Assembly (NCBI GenBank): GCA_947442475.1 | Contig: CANEVP010000005.1 | Coordinates: forward strand, 4,308-68,307 | From: Rickettsiales bacterium | GTDB taxonomy: Bacteria > Pseudomonadota > Alphaproteobacteria > Rickettsiales > UBA1997 | Length of the DNA: 64,000 nucleotides | Direction of reading: 5' to 3' | In this document: one piece after another, positions 38,680-48,229 of the stretch | Numbering within the stretch: position 1 is the first letter of the stretch | How the letters are laid out: each line of letters starts with the position of its first letter | Position numbers and translations under genes: made by a program | Notes under the pieces: generated by a model | Databases searched by the model: none | What the model saw: the letters and a program-made list of their open reading frames with translations, nothing else | What the model was told of the DNA's origin: nothing

Positions 38680-39695
38680 TTAATATCTGCTAAACATTTC
38701 TTTGATTTCTTCAATATTCGAAGTTTTGGTGAGAGCCATCATTGTCAAAATTCTAGATTTTTGCGGGCTCAAATTATCCGCCGTTACAAAACCTAATTCA
38801 CTGTCATTTAACTCAACATTTGGCACCACTAAACCTGCTCCAACTCTAGTGCTTCTAACAATCACTACGCCTTTTTTTCTAGCTTCAATTAATCTTTCCA
38901 AGCTGGCTTTGTTCAGATTGCCATCACCAACACCTGCGATAACGATTGCTTTTGATCCCGACTCAACCAAGCGATCAATCACGCTAGGCTCTTGTCCTGC
39001 ATGAGCGTAGATGATATCAACCTTTGGCAAATCTTCTGACTTTTTAATATTGAAAATAGTTTCTGCGGTGTGAGTTCTGATTGGCTCATAATAAATTTCT
39101 GGCTTGCCGTAATAGACATATCCGATCGGGCCAGAGTTATTTGCTTTAAATGAGTTAACTTGAATCGTACTGGTTTTTGAAACATCGCGAGCAGCCAAAA
39201 TATCGTCGTTCATCAACACCAATACACTTTTGCCATAAGCAACTTTGCTGCTGGCAAGCGCTACAGCATTATATAAATTGAGAGCTCCATCAGCGCTTAA
39301 AGAAGTTGCTGGACGCATCGCTCCAACCACCACAACTGGCTTTTGGCTTTTAACAACTAGGTTCAGGAAATAGGCCGTTTCTTCTAAGGTGTCGGTACCG
39401 TGAGTGATAACAATTCCATCAACTGAACGCTTGGCTAAAAGCTCATTTACTCTTTTGGCAATTTTAAGCCAAACAGCATTATCGATCTCTTGGCTTGAGA
39501 TTTGAATTAATTGCTCAGCGTCAATATCAGCTAATTTTTCAATACCGGGAACGGTTTTAATGATTTTTGCGATATCAATTTTGATGCGAAATATTTAGAG
39601 CCAACCGAAGAATCTCCAGCGCCAGATATGGTGCCCCCAGTTGCAAGAATAAAAATATTTTTGGCTTTAGCATGAGCGTTGCAAGAAATTGCCAC
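38680..39695 (-). pseudogene. ansB: L-asparaginase (type II family), disrupted by a frameshift and lacking room for a signal peptide
   Basis: Downstream frame (38680-39594): KIDIAKIIKTVPGIEKLADIDAEQL…GIVITHGTDTLEETAYFLNL…KPVVVVGAMRPATSLSADGALNLYNAV… Upstream frame (39531-39695): …KNIFILATGGTISGAGDSSVGSKY, which holds the catalytic TGGT motif. The homology jumps frame at about 39584-39597. The upstream end abuts tRNA-Thr at 39704. Confidence 0.7.
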
Positions 39696-39703
39696 GCAGA
39701 AAA

Positions 39704-39778
39704 TGGTGCTATCGACTGGAATCGAACCGGCGACCTCTTCATTACCAATGAAGTGCTCTACCCCTGAGCTACGATAGC
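39704..39778 (-). tRNA. tRNA-Thr (anticodon GGT), CCA encoded
   Basis: Hand-folded from the reverse complement GCTATCGTAGCTCAGGGGTAGAGCACTTCATTGGTAATGAAGAGGTCGCCGGTTCGATTCCAGTCGATAGCACCA. Acceptor GCTATCG/CGATAGC, D-arm GCTC/GAGC, anticodon stem CTTCA/TGAAG with loop TTGGTAA, and T-loop TTCGATT. One C-A mismatch in the T-stem. Confidence 0.8.
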
Positions 39779-39811
39779 AATTTGGAAACTGCGGAAAAAG
39801 AAGGGGCGCGC

Positions 39812-39839
39812 ATTAAAAGCGCGAGATGATAATTGTCAA
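39812..39839 (-). promoter_or_regulatory. Candidate sigma-70 promoter for tRNA-Thr
   Basis: On the minus strand, TTGACA (39839-39834), a 16-nt spacer, then TTTAAT (39817-39812), about 34 nt upstream of the mature tRNA 5' end. Confidence 0.35.
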
Positions 39840-39901
39840 ACGACTCTGAGAGCTTTTTTGCAAAAGAATTCCATTATACCCCCCAGGAACAAAACATATT
39901 A

Positions 39902-42900
39902 TTACTTAGAATCGCCGCCTTCGTCACCGCCTCCATCGCCTCCACCAGCTTCATCACCGTCAGCACTACTTTTAGATTGATCTCCGCCAGCATCGCCATC
40001 GCCACCACCTTTGCTGCCACCTTTATTTCCAGCCTTACCTATTGCCTCTCGAGTTTTGGCAGCTTTTTCCAATCCTTTGTTACCTAATTTTTTACTGGCA
40101 CCAGCGGCACGTTTTTGTATTGACGCCAAAACACCCTTGACTTTGCTCATCATTTCAAGTGGATCGGCATTTCCACCATCCAACTTTGATCCACCGACTA
40201 ATAGTGCAGCCATTCCTGAAATTTCGTTCATGAATTTATAAAGCAAGAACATCACCATCGCACCCTTCAAAATGGTGAGAACCTTGATCTGCCCATTTTC
40301 GCCAAAAATATTCATTAAAATTGGAATGCTCAAACCAATCATTTCAAGACCCGGCATCGTACCAAAATCATCCAGATTTATTAGACAGGCAACACTATCA
40401 CTCATTGGATCCAATATTTTATCTCCGGTATCATCGCAGTCAGGGAGTTTACCATTAACATATGGATCAATTGAGCCGTCCAAGTTTTTACAAATTTTAG
40501 AGCAAGAAATTGTTTTAGATGGAGCCTGTCCAGAGAAGGTGGCGCTACCAATCATGGTTTTATCCATGATTGTTACAAATAATGCGATATAGGCAAAAAG
40601 TATCATAGGCTGCAAGCAGTATCCTATTAACTCTGTCACCCATTTTTTGAAAATATCAGACGTCTTACTAAACATCGCTGTGGGTATAATCACTGGCGAG
40701 ACGAAGACTAAAATAATAATACCTGCCGCCGAAGCCAAAAAAATATGCAAAGCGCGTAAGGTAGCTGCTAAAAAGAAGAAACCGAAGAACATTACGGCAA
40801 TGGCAAAATAAATTCCTACCCCCGTGGAACTAACTCCCGCAATGTTGAAGCTGAAATATCCAGCAAAAATTAATGACGCAATATTGGCAACACTGACCTC
40901 TGGACCATAGCCCAAATAGCGCATCATTTTACAATCAAGCGTATCCCACAAAGCCAAATATTCTTTGCCAGAAGGATAGGTGCGACCAGAAGAAACTTGC
41001 GAACCATCCGGCAATGAAATCATCCCAAATTGACAGCCATCCCTTTGAGACTCAGATTGCTGAGAGCTAATTTTAAAGACCATCTGCGAAAACTCTGTCG
41101 AGGCGCCGTAAACTCCCTTGAAGAAGAAACCTTGCCACGCATCGCCCGTAGCAAAAAAAAGCACCAAGGTAATTTTGAGCAGATACATTAGGATGTCTTT
41201 TTTCTCTCCGATATTCGCCTTACCCAGCAAGATGTTCATGCCGTAGAACATAATCGATAAAGTCAGAACCATCTTCACCGAATCCTTCATAGTGTTTTGC
41301 ACTATTGAGAAAAATGAAGTCTCTTTCACCGTATTGCCTTTTTGATAAATGAAGTTGCCGTTTACTTTGTAATTACCACTTGGACAAGATCCATCTGGAG
41401 ACGGATATTCATTTGCGTTAGCGCATTTACTGTGACCCGCAACGTTGTAGAAAAGATTTTCTAAAGTTTCTTTCACGCATTGCGCAATTGGCGCCGAAAA
41501 GTGCTTCTGACTATTTAGAATAAAGCTGCCGCCGTAGGCGGTTTGGTTTTGAGAGTCACCGACAAAATTCAAGCAAGCATCTGAGAAATAAGGCGATCCT
41601 AAATTGGTTTCATATTGATAATCTGCTAAACTGGTGACAGTGCAGTGAGTTAAATATTGGCAATAATTTTTACATTTGCCCGCCTTTGCATTGTAGGAAC
41701 AATCACTATTTCTGATTTCACTTTTTGAAGAGCAATTGCCTGCCTTAACGTCATCTTGAGTGATCATGGTCCATCTTCCATTGGAGTATTTTCCATCTTG
41801 GTAATAATCACAATATTCCGAACCCCCACCAACAGCAAAGTTATAAGGGCATAAGCTGTAGGTTTGGGCGCAAATTAAACTACCATTGTCGAGTGATTTG
41901 GTTGAGAAGGTGATGCCTTCCACATTGCATAATTGACCAACTTTACAAAAAGTTTTAACGCCTGTTACCGGATTACTCGCCACATCACCGCCGCCAGAAA
42001 GGCCCGATGCTCCATTTAAGCCACTAGTAACGCCCCCGGTAACCACGCCAACGCTGCTCGAAAGCGCTGTATAATTTAAACAAATAAATTCGGCGCTGCG
42101 TTTTTTACAGCAGGCATAGGCATTTTGTAATTCAACAATTCTTGCGGCAGTGACGGGAGCATTAGTTAAGGGGTCCATATTGCCCGGAACTAAATTATAT
42201 TTCTTACAGTTATAATTACCTGCCGCAGTGCCTCTCATGTAATATTTCTGCTTCGGATATTTGCCATTCACCCTCTGCGTCACGTCGTAACAGCTTTGGT
42301 AACCTCCATCGGGATTATCCTCTACCTCTTCACCGCCGTAATACCATTCGCGATAAGTTTTATCTCCTGAGGCTTCGAGAGTTAATTTTGAGGTTTGTCC
42401 GTCGCGAATATAGCCCTCAACCGCATCTTTTACTTTCTGCTTTTTATTCGGAGCACTGATATCATATGTTAAAGGATTTGCCGTCACCCATTGCGCACCA
42501 CAAACTTCAGTATGATTATAAGTGTTAAGGGCAATTCCGTAAATTATGGCAAGCTGGGCAATCGCGATACCCCAGCTCGCAGTGGCCACAGCAACAGCTG
42601 CACCACATGAATAATTTTGCTGGAGGAGAGCTCTTTTCACTCCCTCAATGGCTCCTCTAGTCAGATCGTAAGCGTCTAGAAGTGGAACTGGAAGTATTCT
42701 AGGAATTATGCTTCCAGTTGAGCATATGCCATTCATCGCGGCAATCGAGGTTTTTACTGCCACATATGTTGTCAATATTACGGTGAAGCATACTGGATTT
42801 GACAAAACAAATTCCGCGTCCTTACCGGCATTTGTCATGTCAAAATTTAAGGTATCTGGAACGCCACTAGAGCTGCAACTGCGGGTTCTACCAACGCCAT

Positions 42901-43021
42901 AATCAGTTGCGCTTTCCGCGTAAGAACCTTGTAGAGAAGTAACAAAAAAACAGCAAAAAACACCGACAGCAAGCAGCAAACGCGAAGCTCTTCTAAAAAA
43001 TGTTTGCTGAAAAATTATCAC
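39902..43021 (-). CDS. virB6: Giant VirB6/TrbL-like type IV secretion inner-membrane protein
   Basis: 1039 aa, immediately downstream of virB4 (21-nt gap). Signal/TM at the N-terminus, a Cys-rich soluble region of about 330 aa, then a block of at least 6 predicted TM helices (residues ~570-900) as in VirB6/TrbL, and a Gly/Asp/Lys-rich acidic tail (…GGGDGDAGGD…GGGDGGGDEGGDSK). Large VirB6 paralogs after virB4 are typical of Rickettsiales rvh systems. Confidence 0.6.
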   Translation of the reverse strand: MIIFQQTFFRRASRLLLAVGVFCCFFVTSLQGSYAESATDYGVGRTRSCSSSGVPDTLNFDMTNAGKDAEFVLSNPVCFTVILTTYVAVKTSIAAMNGICSTGSIIPRILPVPLLDAYDLTRGAIEGVKRALLQQNYSCGAAVAVATASWGIAIAQLAIIYGIALNTYNHTEVCGAQWVTANPLTYDISAPNKKQKVKDAVEGYIRDGQTSKLTLEASGDKTYREWYYGGEEVEDNPDGGYQSCYDVTQRVNGKYPKQKYYMRGTAAGNYNCKKYNLVPGNMDPLTNAPVTAARIVELQNAYACCKKRSAEFICLNYTALSSSVGVVTGGVTSGLNGASGLSGGGDVASNPVTGVKTFCKVGQLCNVEGITFSTKSLDNGSLICAQTYSLCPYNFAVGGGSEYCDYYQDGKYSNGRWTMITQDDVKAGNCSSKSEIRNSDCSYNAKAGKCKNYCQYLTHCTVTSLADYQYETNLGSPYFSDACLNFVGDSQNQTAYGGSFILNSQKHFSAPIAQCVKETLENLFYNVAGHSKCANANEYPSPDGSCPSGNYKVNGNFIYQKGNTVKETSFFSIVQNTMKDSVKMVLTLSIMFYGMNILLGKANIGEKKDILMYLLKITLVLFFATGDAWQGFFFKGVYGASTEFSQMVFKISSQQSESQRDGCQFGMISLPDGSQVSSGRTYPSGKEYLALWDTLDCKMMRYLGYGPEVSVANIASLIFAGYFSFNIAGVSSTGVGIYFAIAVMFFGFFFLAATLRALHIFLASAAGIIILVFVSPVIIPTAMFSKTSDIFKKWVTELIGYCLQPMILFAYIALFVTIMDKTMIGSATFSGQAPSKTISCSKICKNLDGSIDPYVNGKLPDCDDTGDKILDPMSDSVACLINLDDFGTMPGLEMIGLSIPILMNIFGENGQIKVLTILKGAMVMFLLYKFMNEISGMAALLVGGSKLDGGNADPLEMMSKVKGVLASIQKRAAGASKKLGNKGLEKAAKTREAIGKAGNKGGSKGGGDGDAGGDQSKSSADGDEAGGGDGGGDEGGDSK

Positions 43022-43042
43022 CGAATTCTGATTTTTTTTAAA

Positions 43043-45430
43043 TTATTTAGGACGGCTGCGTTCGTAATAAATTGGCAACCAATCGTCAGGATCTTCGCCA
43101 ACCTCGTCAATGATTTCATCCATTAGAATCACGGTGTCAATACGAGCAGAAAGAACACGAATTACGTCATCCATTCCACCCAAATCAATGCGCGCAATTA
43201 CGCCGTCATTATCTTGTTTTACGAGGAAGAAACGCGTTGAAGGATCTGTCGTTTTTACCAAGTTAAATTCGCGCTCACTCAACATGAAAACTTCGCGATA
43301 AAGTATCGTAGCTTTCAAGTTTGGCAGAAAAATCTGCGTTGAGGTTTGTTGCACCAAAGTGTCGGAAATACTACTTTTGGCCGCGTCTTCCACCGATTGC
43401 GTCGCAAATACTACAAAGGTGTTAAGTTTTCTTAAAACTTTGAGCCAGTCTTTAATTTTTGGCGCAAAAACTGGGTTTCCAATCAAGGCCCAAGCTTCAT
43501 CGAGAACGATCATGGTTGGCGAACCATCAAGCGAACTTTGAATACGATGAAATAAATAAAGCAGCACCGGACCAATAGAGGCCTTATCTTGCAAGATGTG
43601 CGACATTTCAATTCCGAAAGAGCGCGCCGACGTGAAATCGATCATGTCATCTTCATTATCAAACAACTTGGCGTGCGAACCTGTTGTATGCCACATGGCT
43701 AATCTACCAGCTAAAGTTCCTGGACCGCCCAAGCCCATGAAAGGCGCGATATTTCGGATTCTTCTTTGTTCTTTCGGCAGTTTGTAATTTCCTTTTACCG
43801 CTTCGTTAATGCGCTCAATTTCGTGAGCTGGCAAAGCCACGTCGCCAACCATTACCAGTGCCTTCATGAAGTCGATTAAGAATGAGCGATTTTCAGCAGT
43901 ATCTTCGAGTTGAAATGGATTAAAGCCGGAAGTTTTTGCCGCATCCGGAATCATGTAACGGCCACGAATCGCGCGAATAAAAATTTCTGCACCACGATCT
44001 TTATCAAAGAAAAATAAACGGCCGTTAAATTTTTGCGCCTGCGCGCAAAGGAAGTTTAGCAATACCGTTTTACCCGCACCAGTCGGCCCGATAATCATAC
44101 TGTGACCAACGTCACGCACGTGAAAACTGAAAAAATAAGGCGTGCCCGAAACGGTGTTAAGCACCGTCACCGCGTCACCCCAGTGATTTTTCTTTCTTTT
44201 GCCTGACGGATAATTGTGAAAAGAGGCAAAAGCCGCGATATTTAAAGTGTTCACCGTACTGCGGCGCGCCATAAACTCAGCATTGCCGGGTAGTTGCGCC
44301 CAATAAGCTGGCTCCAAATTCATTTTCTCGCGAGCACCGGTAATACCAGTGTTTGAAAGCTCAACTACTGCAAGCGACAAAGCGCTTTCCAAAGCTTTTG
44401 GCGATTCTTCAATACATAAAACTGACATGTGATGCAAGCCAAAACCAAACTCACCACTCATCGCTGAATCTAGCGCCGAGTCAATTTCTTGGATTTGCGA
44501 AACCGCAACGTCTTCCGACTGAATCAAGCGCCGTTGTTGCAACTGCATCGAACTAATCGCCACCATGCGATTAATAAAAGAAAATGATTGGCTGATAATG
44601 AGCTCAAAAGGCATCTGCATAAAACCATCAAAAACTCCGGCGTGAGTTGATGGGCGGTATTCTTTAATTGAAACCATGCCGGCATATTTGGCGCCAGTTG
44701 GGTGATGAACTTCAACTGATTTATTGCCGAAATAAAGTCGACTAATTGGCAAGTGATGCGAGATTTGACCCAAGGGAATTGTCATTGGTTGCGAGTGACC
44801 GCAATTAACCAAGCGCGAGAAAAATTCTAGAATTTCTGAAGTAACGCCATCCTCGCTTTCATTAATGCCTAAAACGCGCGGACCGTAATTGCCGTAACCA
44901 TTTAAAATACGCTCAGTCATCTCATCAAGTTCGTCAAAAGCTTCGCGCATGTAATTTTCCCACGAAGATTTATCAGCGCGATGCTGCAATTTTTTCGCCA
45001 TATGTTCCAGCACCGCAGCACCCGAAGTGTCAGCTCCACGAATAATCGTGAAATAATGTTCATTAATAAAACTTCTGGTGCCTGAGTGCTTTTTTTCCCA
45101 TTCACTATTAACGCGCGCCGAAAATAAATCAGGCATTTCGCCATCAGGAAAACCTTTTTCTTTGCGACGAATGGTGTGAAAATAAAGCGAAAAATTGCCT
45201 GACGCCATACCTTTCAAAAGGTTGTTTCTGGCATTTTTTTTGAGATCAATATCAGCGTCATCAGCGGTCTCGAAGGCGAATCCTTTAATTTTAATAACAC
45301 GAACTAACTCTTCTTTGTGAGTTAAAATCGTGTCTGAATTCCAATGGCATTTATAAGGAATAAAATACGCCGCCGAAACCTCTCCCTTGGTGACTTTTTC
45401 TTTTGCTGGCTTAACGGTTGAAAGACGCAT
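43043..45430 (-). CDS. virB4: Type IV secretion system ATPase VirB4
   Basis: 795 aa. N-terminal CagE/TrbE/VirB4 pattern (YFIPYKCHW…, VIKIKGFAFETADD), Walker A GPTGAGKTVLLNFL, Walker B MIVLDEAW and the C-terminal FATQS motif. Confidence 0.9.
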   Translation of the reverse strand: MRLSTVKPAKEKVTKGEVSAAYFIPYKCHWNSDTILTHKEELVRVIKIKGFAFETADDADIDLKKNARNNLLKGMASGNFSLYFHTIRRKEKGFPDGEMPDLFSARVNSEWEKKHSGTRSFINEHYFTIIRGADTSGAAVLEHMAKKLQHRADKSSWENYMREAFDELDEMTERILNGYGNYGPRVLGINESEDGVTSEILEFFSRLVNCGHSQPMTIPLGQISHHLPISRLYFGNKSVEVHHPTGAKYAGMVSIKEYRPSTHAGVFDGFMQMPFELIISQSFSFINRMVAISSMQLQQRRLIQSEDVAVSQIQEIDSALDSAMSGEFGFGLHHMSVLCIEESPKALESALSLAVVELSNTGITGAREKMNLEPAYWAQLPGNAEFMARRSTVNTLNIAAFASFHNYPSGKRKKNHWGDAVTVLNTVSGTPYFFSFHVRDVGHSMIIGPTGAGKTVLLNFLCAQAQKFNGRLFFFDKDRGAEIFIRAIRGRYMIPDAAKTSGFNPFQLEDTAENRSFLIDFMKALVMVGDVALPAHEIERINEAVKGNYKLPKEQRRIRNIAPFMGLGGPGTLAGRLAMWHTTGSHAKLFDNEDDMIDFTSARSFGIEMSHILQDKASIGPVLLYLFHRIQSSLDGSPTMIVLDEAWALIGNPVFAPKIKDWLKVLRKLNTFVVFATQSVEDAAKSSISDTLVQQTSTQIFLPNLKATILYREVFMLSEREFNLVKTTDPSTRFFLVKQDNDGVIARIDLGGMDDVIRVLSARIDTVILMDEIIDEVGEDPDDWLPIYYERSRPK

Positions 45431-45652
45431 TAATTGGGGAAAGTTTGAAGTAAATTTGAATTTTTTTTGAAGTTATTTTTGCATCAAAAAAAGTAAAGGC
45501 GAGAGTTGGATCAGGATCGCTTTTATTACAAGCTGCCTCGATTATTTTTTTCTTGAGTCTTGCTTACCTCATTCCTAAATTGCGCCGCGATCATGAAGTC
45601 CGCTCCACCACTTTTCAAAACATCCATTTTAAATATTTTTAGAGGTTAACCC

Positions 45653-46108
45653 ATGTCCATTAACAAAGTGATTTTAGTTGGTAATGTTGGCCAAGCTCCT
45701 GAATTTCGCTTAACCCAAGATGGTCGCGAAATTGCCAATTTTTCTCTCGCAACTTCTGAAAGCTGGAAAGACAAAAGCTCTGGCGAGAAAAAAGAAAAAA
45801 CTGAATGGCACCGCGTCGCAATTTTCTCTCCTGGCCTTATTAACATCGTAAAAAGTTACGTAAAAAAAGGTTCAAAAATTTACCTTGAAGGGTCGCTGCA
45901 AACCAGAAAATGGACTGATGCGCAAGGTCTTGAAAAATCCACCACCGAAATCGTTTTGCAAAATTTCAATTCAACTTTGCAAATTCTTGACTCACGAGAT
46001 CGCCCAGCTGGCGGCGCTTCTGATTCTTATTCTTCTGGCTCATCTTCTTCTCGCCCAAGCAATAACAATGTTGCAGTTGAAGAGCATGACGATGAAATTC
46101 CATTTTAG
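45653..46108 (+). CDS. ssb: Single-stranded DNA-binding protein
   Basis: 151 aa starting MSINKVILVGNVGQAPEFR…, with TEWHRV, a Gly/Ser-rich linker and the canonical acidic tip DDEIPF. Confidence 0.92.
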   Translation: MSINKVILVGNVGQAPEFRLTQDGREIANFSLATSESWKDKSSGEKKEKTEWHRVAIFSPGLINIVKSYVKKGSKIYLEGSLQTRKWTDAQGLEKSTTEIVLQNFNSTLQILDSRDRPAGGASDSYSSGSSSSRPSNNNVAVEEHDDEIPF

Positions 46109-46198
46109 TTAAAAAAATTTAGCGCATCTGACTTAAAAAAGTTGGATGCGCTTTTTTTTGTTTTTTTTAAGTTTTTATTTTTCTCTTCTTCCCTACTC

Positions 46199-48229
46199 AT
46201 GCCTACAGTTACAATCAACGGTAAAGAAACTTTAGTTCCAGATGGAATTACAATTATTCAAGCTTGCGAAATCGCTGACGTTGAAATTCCGCGTTTTTGC
46301 TACCACGAAAGATTAGCTATTGCCGGAAATTGCCGCATGTGTTTAGTTGAAGTTGAAGGCATGCCACCAAAGCCCGTAGCCTCTTGCGCCATGCCTGCAA
46401 CTGAAGGCATGAAAATTCACACCGACACCCCAATGGTGAAAAAAGCCCGCGAAGGTGTGATGGAATTTTTACTCGCCAATCACCCGCTTGATTGCCCAAT
46501 TTGCGACCAAGGTGGCGAATGCGATTTACAAGATCAGGCCTTTCAATATGGCGGCGGCAAAAGTCATTACCACGAACATAAACGTGCGGTAAAAGACAAA
46601 AATATGGGCCCACTTGTTAAAACCCAAATGACGCGCTGCATTCACTGCACACGTTGCGTACGCTTTATGGAAGATGTTGCCGGCACCACAGAAATGGGCG
46701 CTGCGGGACGCGGCGAAACCATGGAAATTACCACTTATCTTGAGCAAAATTTAAAATCAGAATTGTCGGGAAATATCATCGATCTTTGCCCAGTTGGCGC
46801 TTTAACTTCCAAGCCTTACGCCTTTAAAGCCAGAAGTTGGGAATTAAGAAAAACCGAAACAATTGACGTGATGGATGCAGTTGGCAGTAACATCCGCATC
46901 GATTCTCGCGGAGTTGAAGTGATGAGAATTTTGCCACGTTTAAACGAAGAAATTAACGAAGAATGGATCTCAGACAAAACTCGTTTTTGCTACGATGGTC
47001 TAAAATATCAACGCCTCGACAAGCCTTACGCCAAGCGCGACGGCAAGCTTTCAGAAGTTAATTTCGAAGAAGCTTTAACTGAAGTTGCCAATAAAATTAA
47101 AAGCCTGCAAGCCTCTGAAATCGCAGCTTTAACTGGTCAACTTTCAGCCTCTGAAGAAATTTTTGCGCTAAAAAAATTGCTCGAAAAATTAGGCGTCAAA
47201 AATTTTGACTGCCGCTTGAAGGGCGAAAAACTCGAGTCGACAGATCGCGCCTCTTACCTTTTTAACAGCACAATTGCCGGAATTGACGTGGTAGATGCTT
47301 GTTTGTTAATTGGTGTAAATCCTCGCAAAGACGCGCCAATTCTAAACGCCCGCATCAAAAAAAGATCTCTTTCTAAAAAATTAAAAATTGCCTCAATTGG
47401 CAGCGATACTGATTTGACCTACTCGCACAAGCATTTGGGCGATGATGTTGAAATTCTAAAAAATATCTTAGAAGGCAAATCAGAATTTTCTGAGATTTTG
47501 CAAAAAGCTGAGAAGCCAATGCTGATCTTGGGTCACGACATCTTAAGTCGCGAAGATGGCGCGGTGATTTTGAACTACGCCAAAAAAATTGCTGAGAAAT
47601 TTAACCTAATTTCTGACGGTTGGAACGGCTTTAATTTCTTGTCGAAATCAACCGGACTTCTAAATGGTTTGGAGCTTGGATTTATAGGATCCTCAACTGC
47701 TGAAGAAATTTTGGACAAAGCCGAAAAAGCCGAAATCAAAATGATAATTTTGCACGGAGTTGACGATGATTTGGATTTTGCCAGATTAAAAGATTCTTTT
47801 GTTGTTTACATCGGATCTCACGGCGACCAAGGCGCGCACTTTGCTGATGTAATTTTACCAGCAACTGCTTACAGCGAAAAAAATGCAATTTACGTTAACT
47901 TGGAAGGCCGCCCGCAAAGCACAACTCACGCTGCTTTTGCGCTTGGACAAGCCAAAGAAGATTGGAAAATTATTGCTGAATTAGCTGAAAAACTTGGCAT
48001 TGATTTGGGCTTTTCTAACCTTGCTGAAATTAGAAAATCATTAGCTCAAACCAATGCGATTTTCGCTAATTTAGAAAAAATTTCTAAAGCTAATTGGGTG
48101 AAATCTGGTGAAATCAAAGACGATTTTGCCGATAAGAAATTATTGGCTAAAGAATTTGATTTTTATCTGACCAATCCAATCGCGCGGGCTTCTCGCACTC
48201 TCAATAAATGCAGCGTTGAATTGTCTTAA
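46199..48229 (+). CDS. nuoG: NADH-quinone oxidoreductase subunit G (75-kDa subunit)
   Basis: Start at the internal ATG (MPTVTINGKE…). 2Fe-2S and 4Fe-4S motifs: RFCYHERLAIAGNCRMCLVEV, HPLDCPICDQGGECDLQD and RCIHCTRCVRF. Followed by the molybdopterin-like domain. Confidence 0.92.
   Translation: MPTVTINGKETLVPDGITIIQACEIADVEIPRFCYHERLAIAGNCRMCLVEVEGMPPKPVASCAMPATEGMKIHTDTPMVKKAREGVMEFLLANHPLDCPICDQGGECDLQDQAFQYGGGKSHYHEHKRAVKDKNMGPLVKTQMTRCIHCTRCVRFMEDVAGTTEMGAAGRGETMEITTYLEQNLKSELSGNIIDLCPVGALTSKPYAFKARSWELRKTETIDVMDAVGSNIRIDSRGVEVMRILPRLNEEINEEWISDKTRFCYDGLKYQRLDKPYAKRDGKLSEVNFEEALTEVANKIKSLQASEIAALTGQLSASEEIFALKKLLEKLGVKNFDCRLKGEKLESTDRASYLFNSTIAGIDVVDACLLIGVNPRKDAPILNARIKKRSLSKKLKIASIGSDTDLTYSHKHLGDDVEILKNILEGKSEFSEILQKAEKPMLILGHDILSREDGAVILNYAKKIAEKFNLISDGWNGFNFLSKSTGLLNGLELGFIGSSTAEEILDKAEKAEIKMIILHGVDDDLDFARLKDSFVVYIGSHGDQGAHFADVILPATAYSEKNAIYVNLEGRPQSTTHAAFALGQAKEDWKIIAELAEKLGIDLGFSNLAEIRKSLAQTNAIFANLEKISKANWVKSGEIKDDFADKKLLAKEFDFYLTNPIARASRTLNKCSVELS

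Noticed and set aside
45525-45626. 33-codon ORF upstream of virB4, considered as a virB3 gene.
   Set aside because: It is far too short (VirB3 is about 90-100 aa with two TM segments), has no hydrophobic segments, and the similarity is limited to a K…MI spacing. It is kept only as a speculative remnant in the findings.
39704-45652. tRNA-Thr + pseudogene + virB6-virB4 + ssb, considered as an integrated conjugative element or genomic island.
   Set aside because: No integrase, relaxase, coupling protein or other vir genes are present. I could not find a direct repeat of the tRNA-Thr 3' end at the far side (45.4-45.7 kb). Ssb has a standard chromosomal-type sequence with a DDEIPF tip. A scattered chromosomal rvh-type T4SS is the simpler reading.
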